DNA of 60,655 nucleotides, filler included, from Basidioascus undulatus (Eukaryota): NCBI GenBank assembly GCA_000826855.1. It is 8 parts of 8 records of this genome, joined end to end, with 100 filler letters (N's around TTAATTAATTAA, not from the genome) between each part and the next. Parts side by side here need not be neighbours in the genome. Positions count along the whole stretch, not along the records: positions 10,019 to 14,909 come from JTLS01002049.1; positions 15,010 to 40,767 come from JTLS01000205.1; 6 more parts are not named here. One strand, written 5' to 3'. The notes below the pieces were generated by a model. It was not told where the DNA came from, searched no databases, and saw only the letters and a program-made list of their open reading frames with translations. Shown here piece by piece: positions 12,091 to 24,770 of this stretch (positions within the stretch are counted from its first letter, which is position 1; the number at the start of each line of letters is the position of its first letter). Both the position numbers and the translations under genes were made by a program.

Positions 12091-13313
12091 ATTTCGCTGC
12101 AGCGTTTCTGCCCTTCCTCCTTCGTCTTCGCCTTTTTTTTCCTTCTTGATCTCATTGTGCCATGCCCTCCTCCCTCCTTCCTCTGCATTTATCTCACATC
12201 ACAAACACATATACCCGACGCTTCGCGCCCCACGCCTTCGACTTTCAACACTACACTTCACCGCATATGGCTTGCTCGTGTTTCCTCTATTTTCTTTTGT
12301 ATCGCGCCTTACGTCTTCACGCACCCTACACGACCAAGCATCACCAAACCGAACTGTACTGTAGAATGCACACCGATATGCTCGTTGTTTGATCTGCCCA
12401 CGTGCTGGTGCGAACAGATGTGCCCGAGGACAAGGAGAATTACTGGTCCAAACATATGACATGGTGTGACTCTCGAGGTGACGAAGGCGGGAGAGGAGCT
12501 CTGGTACACAAACGAGCGGACGGACGAAGACAATTAGAGACCGTGCGCTCTTGTCATGGCATATGCTCTACTATCAGAATGCTGCAAGACAAATTGTAAG
12601 ACAAAGCAAATGAGACAGCAGGCAACAAAACACATCAACTTGACTGCGTGCCAGGTCCAATCCAGGGGAAGATCGGCGACAAACGCGGCCGGCGGACCAG
12701 TCGCGCTGTGTTGTATCCTTGTGGACGAGCTGGAGGAAGAGCTGAGGGAAGCGATAGAGCGCGTGAAATTGAAGGCTAATAATCCATCTGTACAAGTTCC
12801 CCCTCGCACAGACATCCAGAATTTCCCTCGATGCAGACATCCGCTGGAAGCTGTGAGTGACAAGCGTTCGTAGGCCGCAGGTGAGCTCAATGGCGCCTGA
12901 CTACTTGTAGGGTGCCTTCACCATATTATTTTTTGTAGAACTTCCTAAATTATAGGGATCACGACTCAGAGTGGGACATGGTTGTGAGGTCTGTCACAGC
13001 ATCGTGCAAAGGCTGCGTCGGCGCCGATGTTGAACACCATGCCTGACTTTCTTGCCAGCCCGTTGCATCCATTTCGTGATGGCTTTTGCTACGGTTCAAA
13101 TTCAAATGTTGGATGTAGCAGCCACAAGCGGTGTGGCGGTCGAGCACATAGTGCGTGCCATTCCTCCCTCCCCATCCGATTTCGCACGTCCTCGCAGCTC
13201 CCAGCGCTCGTTCTCCCCCCTCTCTCACTCTCACTCTCGCCACTCGCCTCGCCCTCTCTGCCTCACCCTCGTAAACTTACAGTCACCTCCTCAAGATCCA
13301 TCATATGGACACA

Positions 13314-13581
13314 GGGTGCCTCTGCGGACCATTCAGGCCCTGCGCATTTCGTTCTGTTCTTCGGTGCCTCCGCGCACTCCATCCATCCTTCTTCTCCGTC
13401 CTGGGTGCCTCTGCGCACTTCAGCTCTTGCTCGTCTAGGAAATTTCTCGTCCTCAACCCCACAGAGGAGGATTCCTCTTCCACCCGAGTGCCTCTGCGCA
13501 CTCGTTTGGCTTTCTTTTGTGGTGCCTCTGCGCACAACGTTGCTCTTATTCCCCTCCTTCTGCGGGTGCCTCGGTGTACTC
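13314..13581 (+). repeat. Array of six 15-nt repeats (consensus GGTGCCTCTGCGCAC) with unique pyrimidine-rich spacers; each copy can form a small hairpin
   Basis: Copies start at 13315, 13363, 13404, 13487, 13521 and 13565, with a degenerate half copy near 13336. Core GTGC-6 nt-GCAC is self-complementary. Confidence 0.85.
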
Positions 13582-13859
13582 CATTTTCTTAGCCCAACCT
13601 CCCACCCCCCCTTCTCGCGCACAGCGCACCTGACTGGCACTCCCCTCCTCAGGCGTTTACCTCAGCGCTGCGATCCGTTCCTCAAGATCGACTGGTTCTG
13701 CATTCACGCAAAAGGCGCTAACGAACTTGTGCATCAGCGCATCAGAAATGACACTGGCATAAGAAATTGGGCAGGGCCGACTGCGCCGTTGCTCGCCAGT
13801 GACGGTCCTTCCTCAACGCAAAGGGGGCAGCGGACCTCCAGGTCGTCGCCACCACCGCC

Positions 13860-14200
13860 CCAAACCTTAGACTTTCTTCCTTTCCTAGAAAGACTCAGAC
13901 ACAATAGCACCCTAGGAACTTTCAAACAGAACACACTGCAGGGGGCCCGTTCCGCACTCTTTGATCCACTGCCCTCTCCACCCACTTACAGAGTTGGACT
14001 GCGCCCCCATGACGACCTCTGGAGACTCCAGCAGCGCTTGTGCATGATTTCTTCCCTCAGCTGTAAAATGTATCGACAGCACTGACCATGGATCCCACAT
14101 TGTGTTGGGCATTACTTTCTTTCGCGCCATGCAGACTTCTTCGAATCTGGGAAGCATGCAGGCTGCCTCGTTCCTCGTAATCCTCTGAATCCTGGATCCG
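13860..14200 (+). mobile_element. Possible degenerate retrotransposon gag relic
   Basis: Frame-hopping translation NTLQGARSALFDPLPSPPTY...HDDLWRLQQR / VHDFFPQL*NVSTALTMDP / VGHYFLRAMQ loosely resembles the Retrotrans_gag pattern. It has stops and frameshifts, and no pol domains are seen. Confidence 0.3.
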
Positions 14201-14471
14201 TCGACAATGGACGTGAGCCGACAAATGTCCTCTTCCCACTCGAACCCCAAGCGTGCGGCAAGAAACGCGCAGTAGGTACTGGCAGGCGGCCGCAACGGTG
14301 CCGGCTGTGAATGTCCGGCAAACATCCAGGGCGACCCGGTTGGAGTACGCTGGACGTGTGTGTAGCTCGCGCGACGGCCGCAATCGGAGCAGGCTAGGAA
14401 GCTGAAACACCGAAAATCTGATCGTCATGTCGTATGCTGTACATACAGTGCCCTCCCCCTCTCCTCCCCTC

Positions 14472-14909
14472 CTAGTTCCTAGGTCTCCACCGCACCCCAA
14501 CAAACGCCGCCGTCCCCACACACACAGCCGCAAAGACCCAGAACACCCTCCCCTCTCCCTCGCCTGGGGCTTTCCGGAGCGCATCGCGCAGGGGGAAGAA
14601 CAGCGCGCCGACGGCGAGGTTTGCCGCCCAGTTGAGAGCGAGGGCGAGGGAGGCGAGGGCACCCGCCAGAGCCGGATCCGGAGCGGGGTCGGCATGCGCG
14701 TGTCGGGAGGGGGAGGAGGAAGAGGGAATGGGGGAGGAGGGAGGAAGGAGCGTGGGGAGGATGAGGAAAGGCAGCGGGCCGAGGCCGACGGCGAAGGAGG
14801 TTACGAAGAGGAGGATTGTTATGCCGGAGAGGAGCGTGAGGTGTGACGAGAGGGAGATTGAGAGGAGGGAGGAGGATAGGGCTAGCCCCGCGAGGGAGAG
14901 CAAGGTCCA
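14472..14909 (-). CDS. C-terminal part of an MFS sugar porter (Vps73/YBR241C-like), 5' lost at gap
   Basis: ILLFVTSFAVGLGPLPFLILP...ALASLALALNWAANLAVGALFFPLRDAL...VFWVFAAVC corresponds to TM10-12 of the sugar porter family. Stop 14472-14474. Confidence 0.85.
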   Translation of the reverse strand, partial: WTLLSLAGLALSSSLLSISLSSHLTLLSGITILLFVTSFAVGLGPLPFLILPTLLPPSSPIPSSSSPSRHAHADPAPDPALAGALASLALALNWAANLAVGALFFPLRDALRKAPGEGEGRVFWVFAAVCVGTAAFVGVRWRPRN

Positions 14910-15009
14910 NNNNNNNNNNNNNNNNNNNNNNNNNNNNNNNNNNNNNNNNNNNNTTAATTAATTAANNNNNNNNNNNNNNNNNNNNNNNNNNNNNNNNNNN
15001 NNNNNNNNN
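14910..15009. other. Artificial contig spacer
   Basis: N44-TTAATTAATTAA-N44. Confidence 0.98.
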
Positions 15010-15052
15010 TCTTCTTGTTTTTGTGGGCACTGACATGGGAACGGGGCGCCAG

Positions 15053-15621
15053 AGTTCAACAACACCCTCGACGCGACGACCTTCCCCTCCGAGCACCCAG
15101 CGACCATCATCCTCTCCGACGGGCGTATCGCCCGCGCACGCTCGAAGCGCGAGCGGAAAAGGGCGAAGCGGATGGGGGAGAAAGGAGAGGATCTGGATGG
15201 AAGCGGAGCGACGCCGTTTGCGAGGACGTCCGGCGGCGCAGCGGTTTCAGGGGCGGCGGGGGCAGCTGTTGCGTTTGGAGCCATGGGGCTCGCGGGGTGG
15301 GCGCTTCTCGGGGAGGTCGATGACTCGAGCATGTTGGATGCGGAGCAGATGTCGAAGGGGCAGTGCTGCGCGGTGCGTCTCAGCTTCCTTCACTCACCCA
15401 CCATGTCTCCCATCCCTTGCAACCCTTAACGTTGGCGGCCCATACTAAAACATCTTCCTGTGGTTGAGGGTTATGGCATTCCGTACTATGGTGGAGCGAT
15501 AGGCGGGTGCGGCGCTGCAGGTGGTGTTGGAGGCTGTGCGGGCGGCGGATGTGCGGGCGGAGGTTGCGGTGGGGGAAGCGGCGGAGGTGGAGGGTGTGGA
15601 GGAGGAGGTGGTGGGTCCTGA
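15053..15621 (+). CDS. 3' end of a protein with a Gly/Cys-rich tail (glycine-rich-domain GRDP/DUF1399-like), 5' lost at gap
   Basis: Exon EFNNTLDATTFPSEHPATIIL...SKGQCCA, GTGCGT intron, then last exon GYGIPYYGGAIGGCGAAGGVGGCAGGGCAGGGCGGGSGGGGGCGGGGGGS* (TGA 15619-15621). Confidence 0.6.
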
Positions 15622-16336
15622 GCTTCCTGCGGCACACAGAGCGAGAGACTCTGTCGTGCGTGCAGGGCACAATCGTACTGTAGTCTCTGTTTCTAGCGTC
15701 GTGTCTGTGATACACAATCGATATAAGCGTGTTGGCTAATTGGATTACAACCTGGCTGATACACTGGAGTTACAGAAGAGGTTAAAAATGGTGGTGATCT
15801 GAAAGCTGCGTACTTTCGGTGTCGCCGGTTGCGAAGGGCCTACGTATTGTAATTTCACGACTGAGCCGACTCGAGTCACCATTCTATCTAGCTATGTACA
15901 AGGGTAAAATGTCATGCATTTGGGAACATTGGGGCACAATCTCTAGAAGGCAGCAAAGTACGCAGTCGATCTTTTATCGTCTGGCTGCATGGGTTTATAG
16001 GTTGAGACGGTCGCTGCCTGCAGCACCACATACTACGCACGAGACAGTGACTTTCAACCACACAAAATATGTGCTGTTCCTTGAGGCAACTGTTTAGATT
16101 AGGTGTAACAGAACAGTGCGTACAGTGCCAAGCTGCACAGTGTAACGCGACCTCTGTACTCCGGATCCTGCAATTGGGAGTCCTTTGCTCCAGAAACGGA
16201 TATGTTTTGCATTAACCACTACACTATGTTATGTAGGTGTGGATTCTTACATAGAGAGGCCCGATGTGGAGGTTGACTGATTCTCCCCTTTCTGAAAATT
16301 ACTTACATTTTTTGAAACAAGGTTATTCCGTGCATG

Positions 16337-16437
16337 GGCTTGATGGTCTAGTCGTATGATTTTCCCTTCGGGTTACCCCCGTGCAAGCATTTGCATCTAA
16401 TTGGGAGAGGTCCCGGGTTCAATTCCCGGTCAGGCCC
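16337..16437 (+). tRNA. tRNA-Pro(CGG) with a 29-nt intron (16373-16401) at the canonical 37/38 position
   Basis: Acceptor stem GGCTTGA/TCAGGCC, anticodon stem TTCCC/GGGAG with loop TT-CGG-G (anticodon 16369-16371), T arm CCGGG-TTCAATT-CCCGG, oligo-T Pol III terminator immediately downstream. Confidence 0.93.
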
Positions 16438-18547
16438 CTTTTTGCGTTGCTCTTTGTTTGACAGCTCCAGCGTCGCCCCAGCCTGCACAGTTGGGAGACA
16501 TTACCTTCTGCAACTACAACTCAGACCGTTCTTGTCCTGCATGCAAAGTATGGACATTCAAGACTCAGTGCACTCTTCCAATTTCGTTGAGGATCGCAGA
16601 CACTCAGCGGTAGCTCGCTGTAGCTCCAGCAACCCTTGGATACAATACGACCGTGTAATCAAGGAAAATAGAAAGCAAACCGCGTGTTTGAGCAGTCTTG
16701 CAAGAACGAAAGCTGCACATGGTGAAAGGGTGGGCGCCATCAGATATCAGATGTTGTCGGTCCTGCTGATCTTGAAAAGAACCCCCGCATCGAGCACTTG
16801 ATTTGCACACCACGGCCCGCTTCCTGAACATCTGCAAGTCAATGAGCACAAAAATACGCCTCGCTCCAGAAATTCTGCTCAAAAGCATACACGTCGATTG
16901 CAGTCCACCCGGGTCTTTCTTGACATCCGTTTCGCTCGGCTCTCTGACAAGCATGTATTCTCGCTGCACCTTGAGGAAATACATATGGCCGCCCCCTTTG
17001 TTTGGCCTTGAATATTGGGTTTGGACACGAACTACGTGCATCCGCAAGCATCCGAGCTGCATTCGCATCTGCCTATTTCACGGGCCACTCTGCTGCCTGA
17101 CTGCTCCCTCCGCTCTCCCTTTGCGACATGTCTGATCCCTCGAAGCTTCCAGATTCCTCTTCGGTCCTGATGTAACACTACCCTTATCCGTCAGCCAAAT
17201 ATTCCGTCATTTACACGTTCACTGGCATGAGGAGACGTGGCAAGGACGTCTGCTGTCGTGCGCCGCCCAGGACGGCGGATGCTGGTTTCCCAACCACCAG
17301 ATTGGCGTGGGTCACAAGAGTAATGAGGGATACGGAGCTACAACCGACTACGCGCGTACGCTCTCAAGTATCGGCACTGCGACGGCCTAAAAGGATCTCC
17401 GAGCCCAGACGCTCAGAGAGTTTCCGGACGCAAACGCGGTGATTGCCGTGACCTTGGAAACGGCCATGAGCGCCGTGCATCTGCATAGCGGCAACGTCAT
17501 TTATGTGCGGTCCTGGGTCGCGTCAGGGATACCAGTCTATCTCGAGGAGACCCCGGAGGTGCGTGCCTCCGCTGCCTTCCTATCATCCTTCGCCTCGGGA
17601 ATCCTACTCAATAGGATGCGCACCCGACATGGCTTCGCAGACTCTCCTGCGGCGAGCAAGGTAACGATGGTGCCCCAAGGACCACCGGCGGCGGTAGGTG
17701 CATAGGGCTTAGGGCTGGAGATGGGAACGAATTGGCTGAGGGTCGTTGTATGCATTCCCATGCACCCGGCTGCCGGGCGCATATGCAATCAAAAGCCTAT
17801 AGGGACGAAAGCGCTCGCTACCCACTCTTCAAGAGCCGTGGAGACTGCAAGCTCAAAATCTTTAGTCAACGCGATGGCGATTTCAGGTCACGCGAGCAGA
17901 GTTAGAAGCTGAACATCATAGGGAGCGAAGGCGAGCGGCTTTAATGAAACGCGCGAGGCGAGAATGAAGCAAGAGATGGCCGTCGAGGACCGAATGGGGG
18001 CGAGCGACGAGTAACGGAGGCTCAGGATCGGGATGAGGTGACCTGATGAGGACGACCCGTGCCGTCGAGGGACGGCGAGACTAGTTAGTGGGGAAGTGAG
18101 GGTGTAGGAGTACCATCGCGCTGGGGCTACGGACGGCGGCTAGTTCAGGGTCGGTGACGTCAGGGGGAACCGAAGGCTCGCGGTCCCAGGCCGCACTTCC
18201 GCGGGATGAGAGAGTGAGCGTGGAGTGAGCGAACGAGCGAAAGCCACGGGTGACGACGAGTAGGAGTTAGGATCAGGATGGGGTGAGCTGAACGGAAAAG
18301 GGGTGCACTGGAGGGTGTGCGATCGTGAGCAAAAGGGTGGCAGAGTGATGGTGGTGTGGGTGGCGGAGCAGTTGAAAGCGCACGGAGAAAACGGGCGGGG
18401 TGTGCACAGGCCCTGTCGACTTCGCACAAGCGCTCGCGGACGTACAGGCCCTCGAGTATAGAGACGCGCAGATATGGCAGCAAAAGACGAAAAACCTCGT
18501 ACACAGCCTGCCCTTCCTACCACTGCTCACTCCCAACCTCCCGCACT

Positions 18548-19902
18548 CTAAACGCTCTGCGCCGGCCCCAAGCCGCTCCCAAAGCCCTTCAGCAACCCAG
18601 CAGTGGCCTGCTCCCCGAGCCGCTTCGTCTCCCCATCCAGCTGGCCGAGCAGGAGCATGCTCTGGAGCCTGCTCGGCTCCTGGGGCAGGCGGAACTGGCG
18701 CACGATCTCCTGCTCCGTAAGCGGCTTCAGGCCCTGCGCGGCGCGCTGGGCGTTCTCGCGCTGGACGCCGTGGTCCGCGCGGGCGCGCTCGCGCGCGAGC
18801 TGCCGCTGCTGGAACGCGACGGTCGCCTGCTCGTCCTTGTATGCGTCGAGGGAGGCGAGAACGGAGGAAACGGAGGACTCGAGGGTGGAGGAGAGGGACA
18901 GGTCGAGGGAGGTGTACGTTTGGGTGAGGGGCGCGGCGGTGGTGGGAGCAGTGGGGGAGGGGGAGGAGACGGTGGAAAGGAAGGCGGAGGCGAGGGAGGA
19001 GGTGTGGATGGTCAGGGGGTAGGGGACGAGGATGGACGAGAACGTGAGCGAGTGGTCGACCAGCGAGGAGGTGCTGAAGTTTGCTTTGCGGAAGGCATCC
19101 GCGAAGGACGGGGAGAGGCGGAAGGCGCGCAGGTTCGCGTTGCCCGCGTCGGAGGAGGAGGTGTCTTGAGAGGCAGAGAGGGAGAAAGGTTTAGTGACGA
19201 AGCATTAGGCGAGCGAGAGGCGGACGCACCATGCACAACAACGAACCCCCTGTTCTTGCCCATGTTGACGAGCAGGGGCACGTTCGCGAACAGGCTCTCG
19301 TTCAAGAACGCGCCGAGGCGGGCCGAGACGTACACGCCGACGACCTGGTCGTCGCCGCCGACGTCGCGGAGGAGGCGGAGCATGGTCGCGTTGTATTTGG
19401 CGCGCGCGGCCTTGCTCTTCTTGTCGTCGTCCTCGGATGTCTGCGCGGACGCGGGAGGGAAGGGCAGCGACGGGTAGCTGTTGGAGATCTCCAGGACGCT
19501 GTTGATGTCCAGCCCGAGGAGCTGGCCCGAGACGGGCGCGGGGGAGAAGTCGCGCGCGTGCTTGAGGATCTTGGAGACCACCTGAGGGGAGAGGAGGGGA
19601 GTCGGTAAATGGGAGTGGGAGGGGTGGGAGCTGGAAGGAAGACGCACCATCGCGTCGACCTGGACAGTGTGCACCGGCACGACGTTCTCGATGTCCACAG
19701 CGGACGCGCTGTTCCCATCCCAATCCCATACCAGTCAGCTCCCGCCCACTCATCCTCGCATGCAGCAGCGCCACGGAAAGACGGACAGGGACGCAGGGAT
19801 CTTGATCTGCTCCTGGGGCGTCTGTACGCCCTCGGAGGGGGTGGGGGTCGCCGCGGCCTGGCGGGCGGCGAGCATGGCAGCGAGGTTGCTGGAGGTCGCC
19901 AT
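18548..19902 (-). CDS. eif3h: Translation initiation factor eIF3 subunit H (MPN domain), multi-exon, complete
   Basis: MATSSNLAAML..., VQVDAMVVSKILKHARD...VSGQLLGLD...LEISNSY, YNATMLRLLRDVGGDDQVVGVY, GFVVVHD...LRAFRLSPSF and C-terminal ENAQRAAQGLKPL...LPQEPSRLQSMLLLGQLD. TAG 18548-18550. Confidence 0.92.
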
Positions 19903-20200
19903 TTTTGTGGAGTGCGGATGGGGAGGAAAGAGAGGACGACAGGAGGCAACGGCGAGCGCGACGTGGGCAACGGCGAAGACTGGGAAAATGGTGGCAGGCC
20001 TCGAGCAGCCCTACCGGACTTGCTGGATTCAATGTCGGCGATAGCGAGGCACGAAGGCGCTCAGGCGCGTGCAGCTCGCCTGAGTGCCTCGAAGCTCATC
20101 AGGCCATCTCGACAGCTGTTCGCTGTCTTTCTTTCCCTTTATCGCCATTTGCCACACCAACACACACTCTTTTACCGGTATACCCACACACACAGCAACC
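19903..20200. promoter_or_regulatory. Probable bidirectional promoter between eIF3h and IDI1
   Basis: Only 298 bp separate the two divergent ATGs; pyrimidine-rich leaders face each gene. Confidence 0.6.
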
Positions 20201-21330
<1,130 letters not shown>

Positions 21331-22749
21331 TGCCAGCTTCGGGAAGGTCGAGTCGGGTAGGGGAGAGAGGTGGGAAGGTGTCGGTTAAGGGGAGGGGGGT
21401 GGAAGGGTGCGAGGGAGGGTTGATGAAGACGGACGGACGGACGGATGGAGGGGGGTATAGAGGCGGATGGAAAGGGGACACTAGAGCTTAATAGTCGCGC
21501 TCGGTGGAGCGACGCAGTCATCATACCCCGCATGGTCCATGGACAGAGTGCACTTGCTTCCTTTTTTTTCTTTTTCCTCAGGTAGGTTGGCGTGCTCGCA
21601 CTGCGTGGGTTGCACTGTAGAGTCCACGAGCAATCGTTGAGGGTTCGTAGTCTCCAGCTGAAGAGCTTCGCTCGCTGTCGGCCAGCGCAGAGCGAAACAT
21701 AGTGGTTAATTTCGAAGCAGTGATGACGTTCTCATCTATGTGCAACAGTTCAATGAGCGCTGCGCAAACATCCCATGATGCATGAGACGCTGCGGCAAGC
21801 GCCTCGCCTCATCATTGGTGAAGTCAGTCTTGCTGTAATCTGTATGGTTGTAGCTCTCCTGGAACTCGCTTTTCCCCCATTGAAACACTTATCTAGACGA
21901 GGTACGGATACCTGGAGAGTGGCAGGCTGAAGAAGCGATATGACTGAGCAGTGGCTTAAGACTGCAGCGCTGCAGCTGCTGCACACATGCCGTTCTCCGG
22001 GCGGATGTATACTGTCTGTCGGTGAAAGCACAGACTCGAGATCTCTTAGAGGTATTAGCATCGACAATGTATTCTGCAGCTGTCCACAATCTTTGCTTCG
22101 CTCATGAAGAACTTGAGAGAACAGGCGTCCCGTTGCGCGTTGCGTTCGGAATTCCACCGCATCAGCGAAGAAGCACCTTCGAACCGACGGCGCCCGCGGG
22201 TGATTCATTAGCCTGTCGGCTTCCGAAGACTCTCATAAGTTGAAGTTCTGTTCCGTTCATTCTTGTTCTGGCTGGCCTGGTTGGCTGGCGCAACACGCTC
22301 GCGTGACTAGTGGCGAGCGCACCTGACGTTCTGGAACTTTGTTCGTTCGCTCGCACTCGCTGAAGATCGGGTTAACGTCGTGCGACACGGACCCGGTTCT
22401 TCTGCAACACGAATTGCGGAATGGGCGCAGAAGGCGGGGCGAACGTTCTGTTAAGTCGATCCCCCTGTCACGCGAGCTGGTCATAGGGGCAGCACGCACA
22501 GGCCGGGTACAAAAGCATGGCTTCATCCACACTTTTGTCCGTGACCTCTTCACTACTCGATAGCAGACCTTTCTTAATTTCCTTGCATTTTTTTTTACTT
22601 TTGAATCAAACAAGCGCAAAACATGTTCGCTCTCACTGCTAGGAGGGTCTCTTGCGCTGTGCGTCGTATCTGTTCGTTGTGTGAAGAAGACGGCGCAGTA
22701 CTCGAGCTCATGCCTTCTTCTCTCAGACCGCCACCCGGCGCTACGCGAC

Positions 22750-23084
22750 GATGAACCCAGCTCAAGGCCAGCACCATCAGGCGAAGGGCGGCTCGAGCGC
22801 GCTGTTCAAGCTCGGTGTGGCGGCTGTGGTTGGGGTGCGTCGTGCTTCCTCTAGGGCTGGTGCGGAACCTCCGGCTCAAGGTAGCATCGTGGGAGAAACA
22901 GGCTGGACTGCTCGCTGTGAGCGGGAGTGTGAGGAAGGGTTCGTCGGCGGAGCGGAAATTCGTGGGTGGGGGCGAGCACCGGCCAAACCCATCCTGGCTG
23001 AGTCGCGAGAAGCATATCCGCGATGTGCATGGGTGGGGCGGGCCTTGAGTTGGTGTGGTGAGGAAGGTCGTGTAACGCAACCAT
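22750..23084 (-). pseudogene. Highly decayed F-box-like relic
   Basis: Starts MVALHDLPH (similar to the F-box start at 23777). NFRSADEPFL, resembling an F-box helix 3 exit, lies in another frame. Multiple frameshifts and stops. Confidence 0.3.
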
Positions 23085-23776
23085 GACAGCGATGATAAAG
23101 ATGACAATACATTTCTCAAATCACCCCCTCTCCGGAGTGCATTGCTCGTACCTTTGAAATGCTGAGCTCTGGAAGTGAGGCCGGCCTGCGCAGCTATAAA
23201 GAGGTCCTCGGTACATACTGCACACGGTCCAGATTTCCACGATCAACCATTGCGCAGTTGGTTGGATCGCTCAGGTGAAGGAGAGTTTCTTAAAAGAGAA
23301 CCAATAAGCGTAGGCCAATCACATCAATTCGCAGAATTCGCAGACGTTCTCCAGTCCGATCAAAGGGAGCTGCGTTCTTGCCCGACACCGTAAGCAACCC
23401 GGCAGCAATAAGCCTGACGCCTCGACAAGCCGACATAATCCCGGACTCCCTCAAAGCGTCGTTGTGGTGGAGCTTGAAGCTTTCACTCCCGCATTCGTGT
23501 CCGTGAGGGAAGTCTTGTCGGAGTCCGATTGCACCCCTTCGCTTTATTGGCTGGGAGGTAGCGGAATGTCAAGTATGCTCCCTGAAACTACCGTTGCGCA
23601 TCCCCAAACAAAGACAGTGCAGAACGCGGTGACCTGTTCGGGTTCCGTTCCGTCCGCTCGCGCCGGCGCCTCAGTGCTCCACAGGCTGTGTATTCTCCCC
23701 TTCCCCGTTACCACTTTGTCCACGCTCAACTTGCTATATCTTGTCAAACGACACTCTCTGATTCACGCTCAACATC

Positions 23777-24770
23777 ACGGTATCGCTTCTTGACTTGCCC
23801 ACCGAGACCTTGGACGACACCTTTGCTCTCGTCTAGGCCCGCATCCCTCGCGACGACCACTCCCAGAGCGCGCGCTGGCAAGAGACATCAGGAGCCGGCG
23901 GTCTCTTGATCTGCAAACGCTTGCACGGAGTCGTGGAGAGGGCCATCTATCGCACGATTCCTCTCACCCGCATCAAGTCGTGCATCGTCCTGTGCGCCTA
24001 CGGGTCCGAGGAGGGCGCCGCACGCTGCCGGTCCTTCACACCATCAAGGCGCCGTTCAGCAGCAAGAGTTTCCCTCTGATTCTATCCTCTTATCGAACGT
24101 ACAGCACCTCGACTTGACTTTCTATACCACGATGTCAACCAGCGGTCAAAGCCCACTCTTCGAAGCTCTCAAAAGAACTGCGTCCGTTGAGATCGATTTG
24201 ACTGCCCTATTAGACTACTCGTCTGCGTACAGATTCCTTGCCCTTAACCAACCTCTTGCCTGTTGGTCGAATCATGCTCACGAGGCCGTCGCTTTGAGAC
24301 TTAGGGGATACGTGCCATCCAGAGCGTTATTGAACTTGGGAATTTTGCGAGGCCCTTCTGTAACTCTTCAGGGCCGCTCGAGCTCGGACTTCAAGTTGTA
24401 CAACTCCATCACGAAGAATCCATTTGCCCGCTACGTCGAGCTTATCTCTCGACAAATATCCAGGTCTGGTCAACTGCCTCTCCTTGATCTGCCAACACGC
24501 ACCGCGCCGTATGGAGGACTCTTGCGACTCGTCTGGAGGTCGTTGAGCGCAGGGTTTGATAGGCCAAAGGGAACGGCCTTGGGCAAGTGCAGAAAGGTGG
24601 GTCGAATTACAAGCGGCTCTTATTGGTGTTTCTCTCTTCTTTGTATTTCGCGTGGGTGGAAAAACGCTCCGTGAAATACTGCGTCTTGGACAGGATTGAT
24701 GTATTTTTGCATGATGACGTTTGCGATGGCTTGAACAGTGCGGTCCCGTGTTGCTCCACCCAACACTGAA
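23777..24770 (+). pseudogene. F-box (F-box/RNI-LRR-like) pseudogene
   Basis: ACG in place of ATG (23777), then VSLLDLPTETLDDTFALV*(TAG 23834-23836)ARIP...LLICKRLHGVVERAIYRTIPL, a typical fungal F-box pattern. Leu-rich fragments follow in changing frames. Confidence 0.6.

Noticed and set aside
13314..13581. True CRISPR array
   Set aside because: Repeats are only 15 nt, spacer lengths vary from about 19 to 68 nt, no cas genes are present and the context is eukaryotic. Kept as a hairpin repeat array instead.
13027..14085. 352-aa ORF as a protein-coding gene
   Set aside because: It runs through C/T-rich low-complexity sequence and the repeat array (copies in differing frames); only the distal part is weakly gag-like.
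18356..19477. Long antisense ORFs (373 aa here; also 10699-11805, 1902-2642, 7548-8279)
   Set aside because: Shadows of GC3-rich sense genes, which deplete stops on the opposite strand; no recognisable domains.
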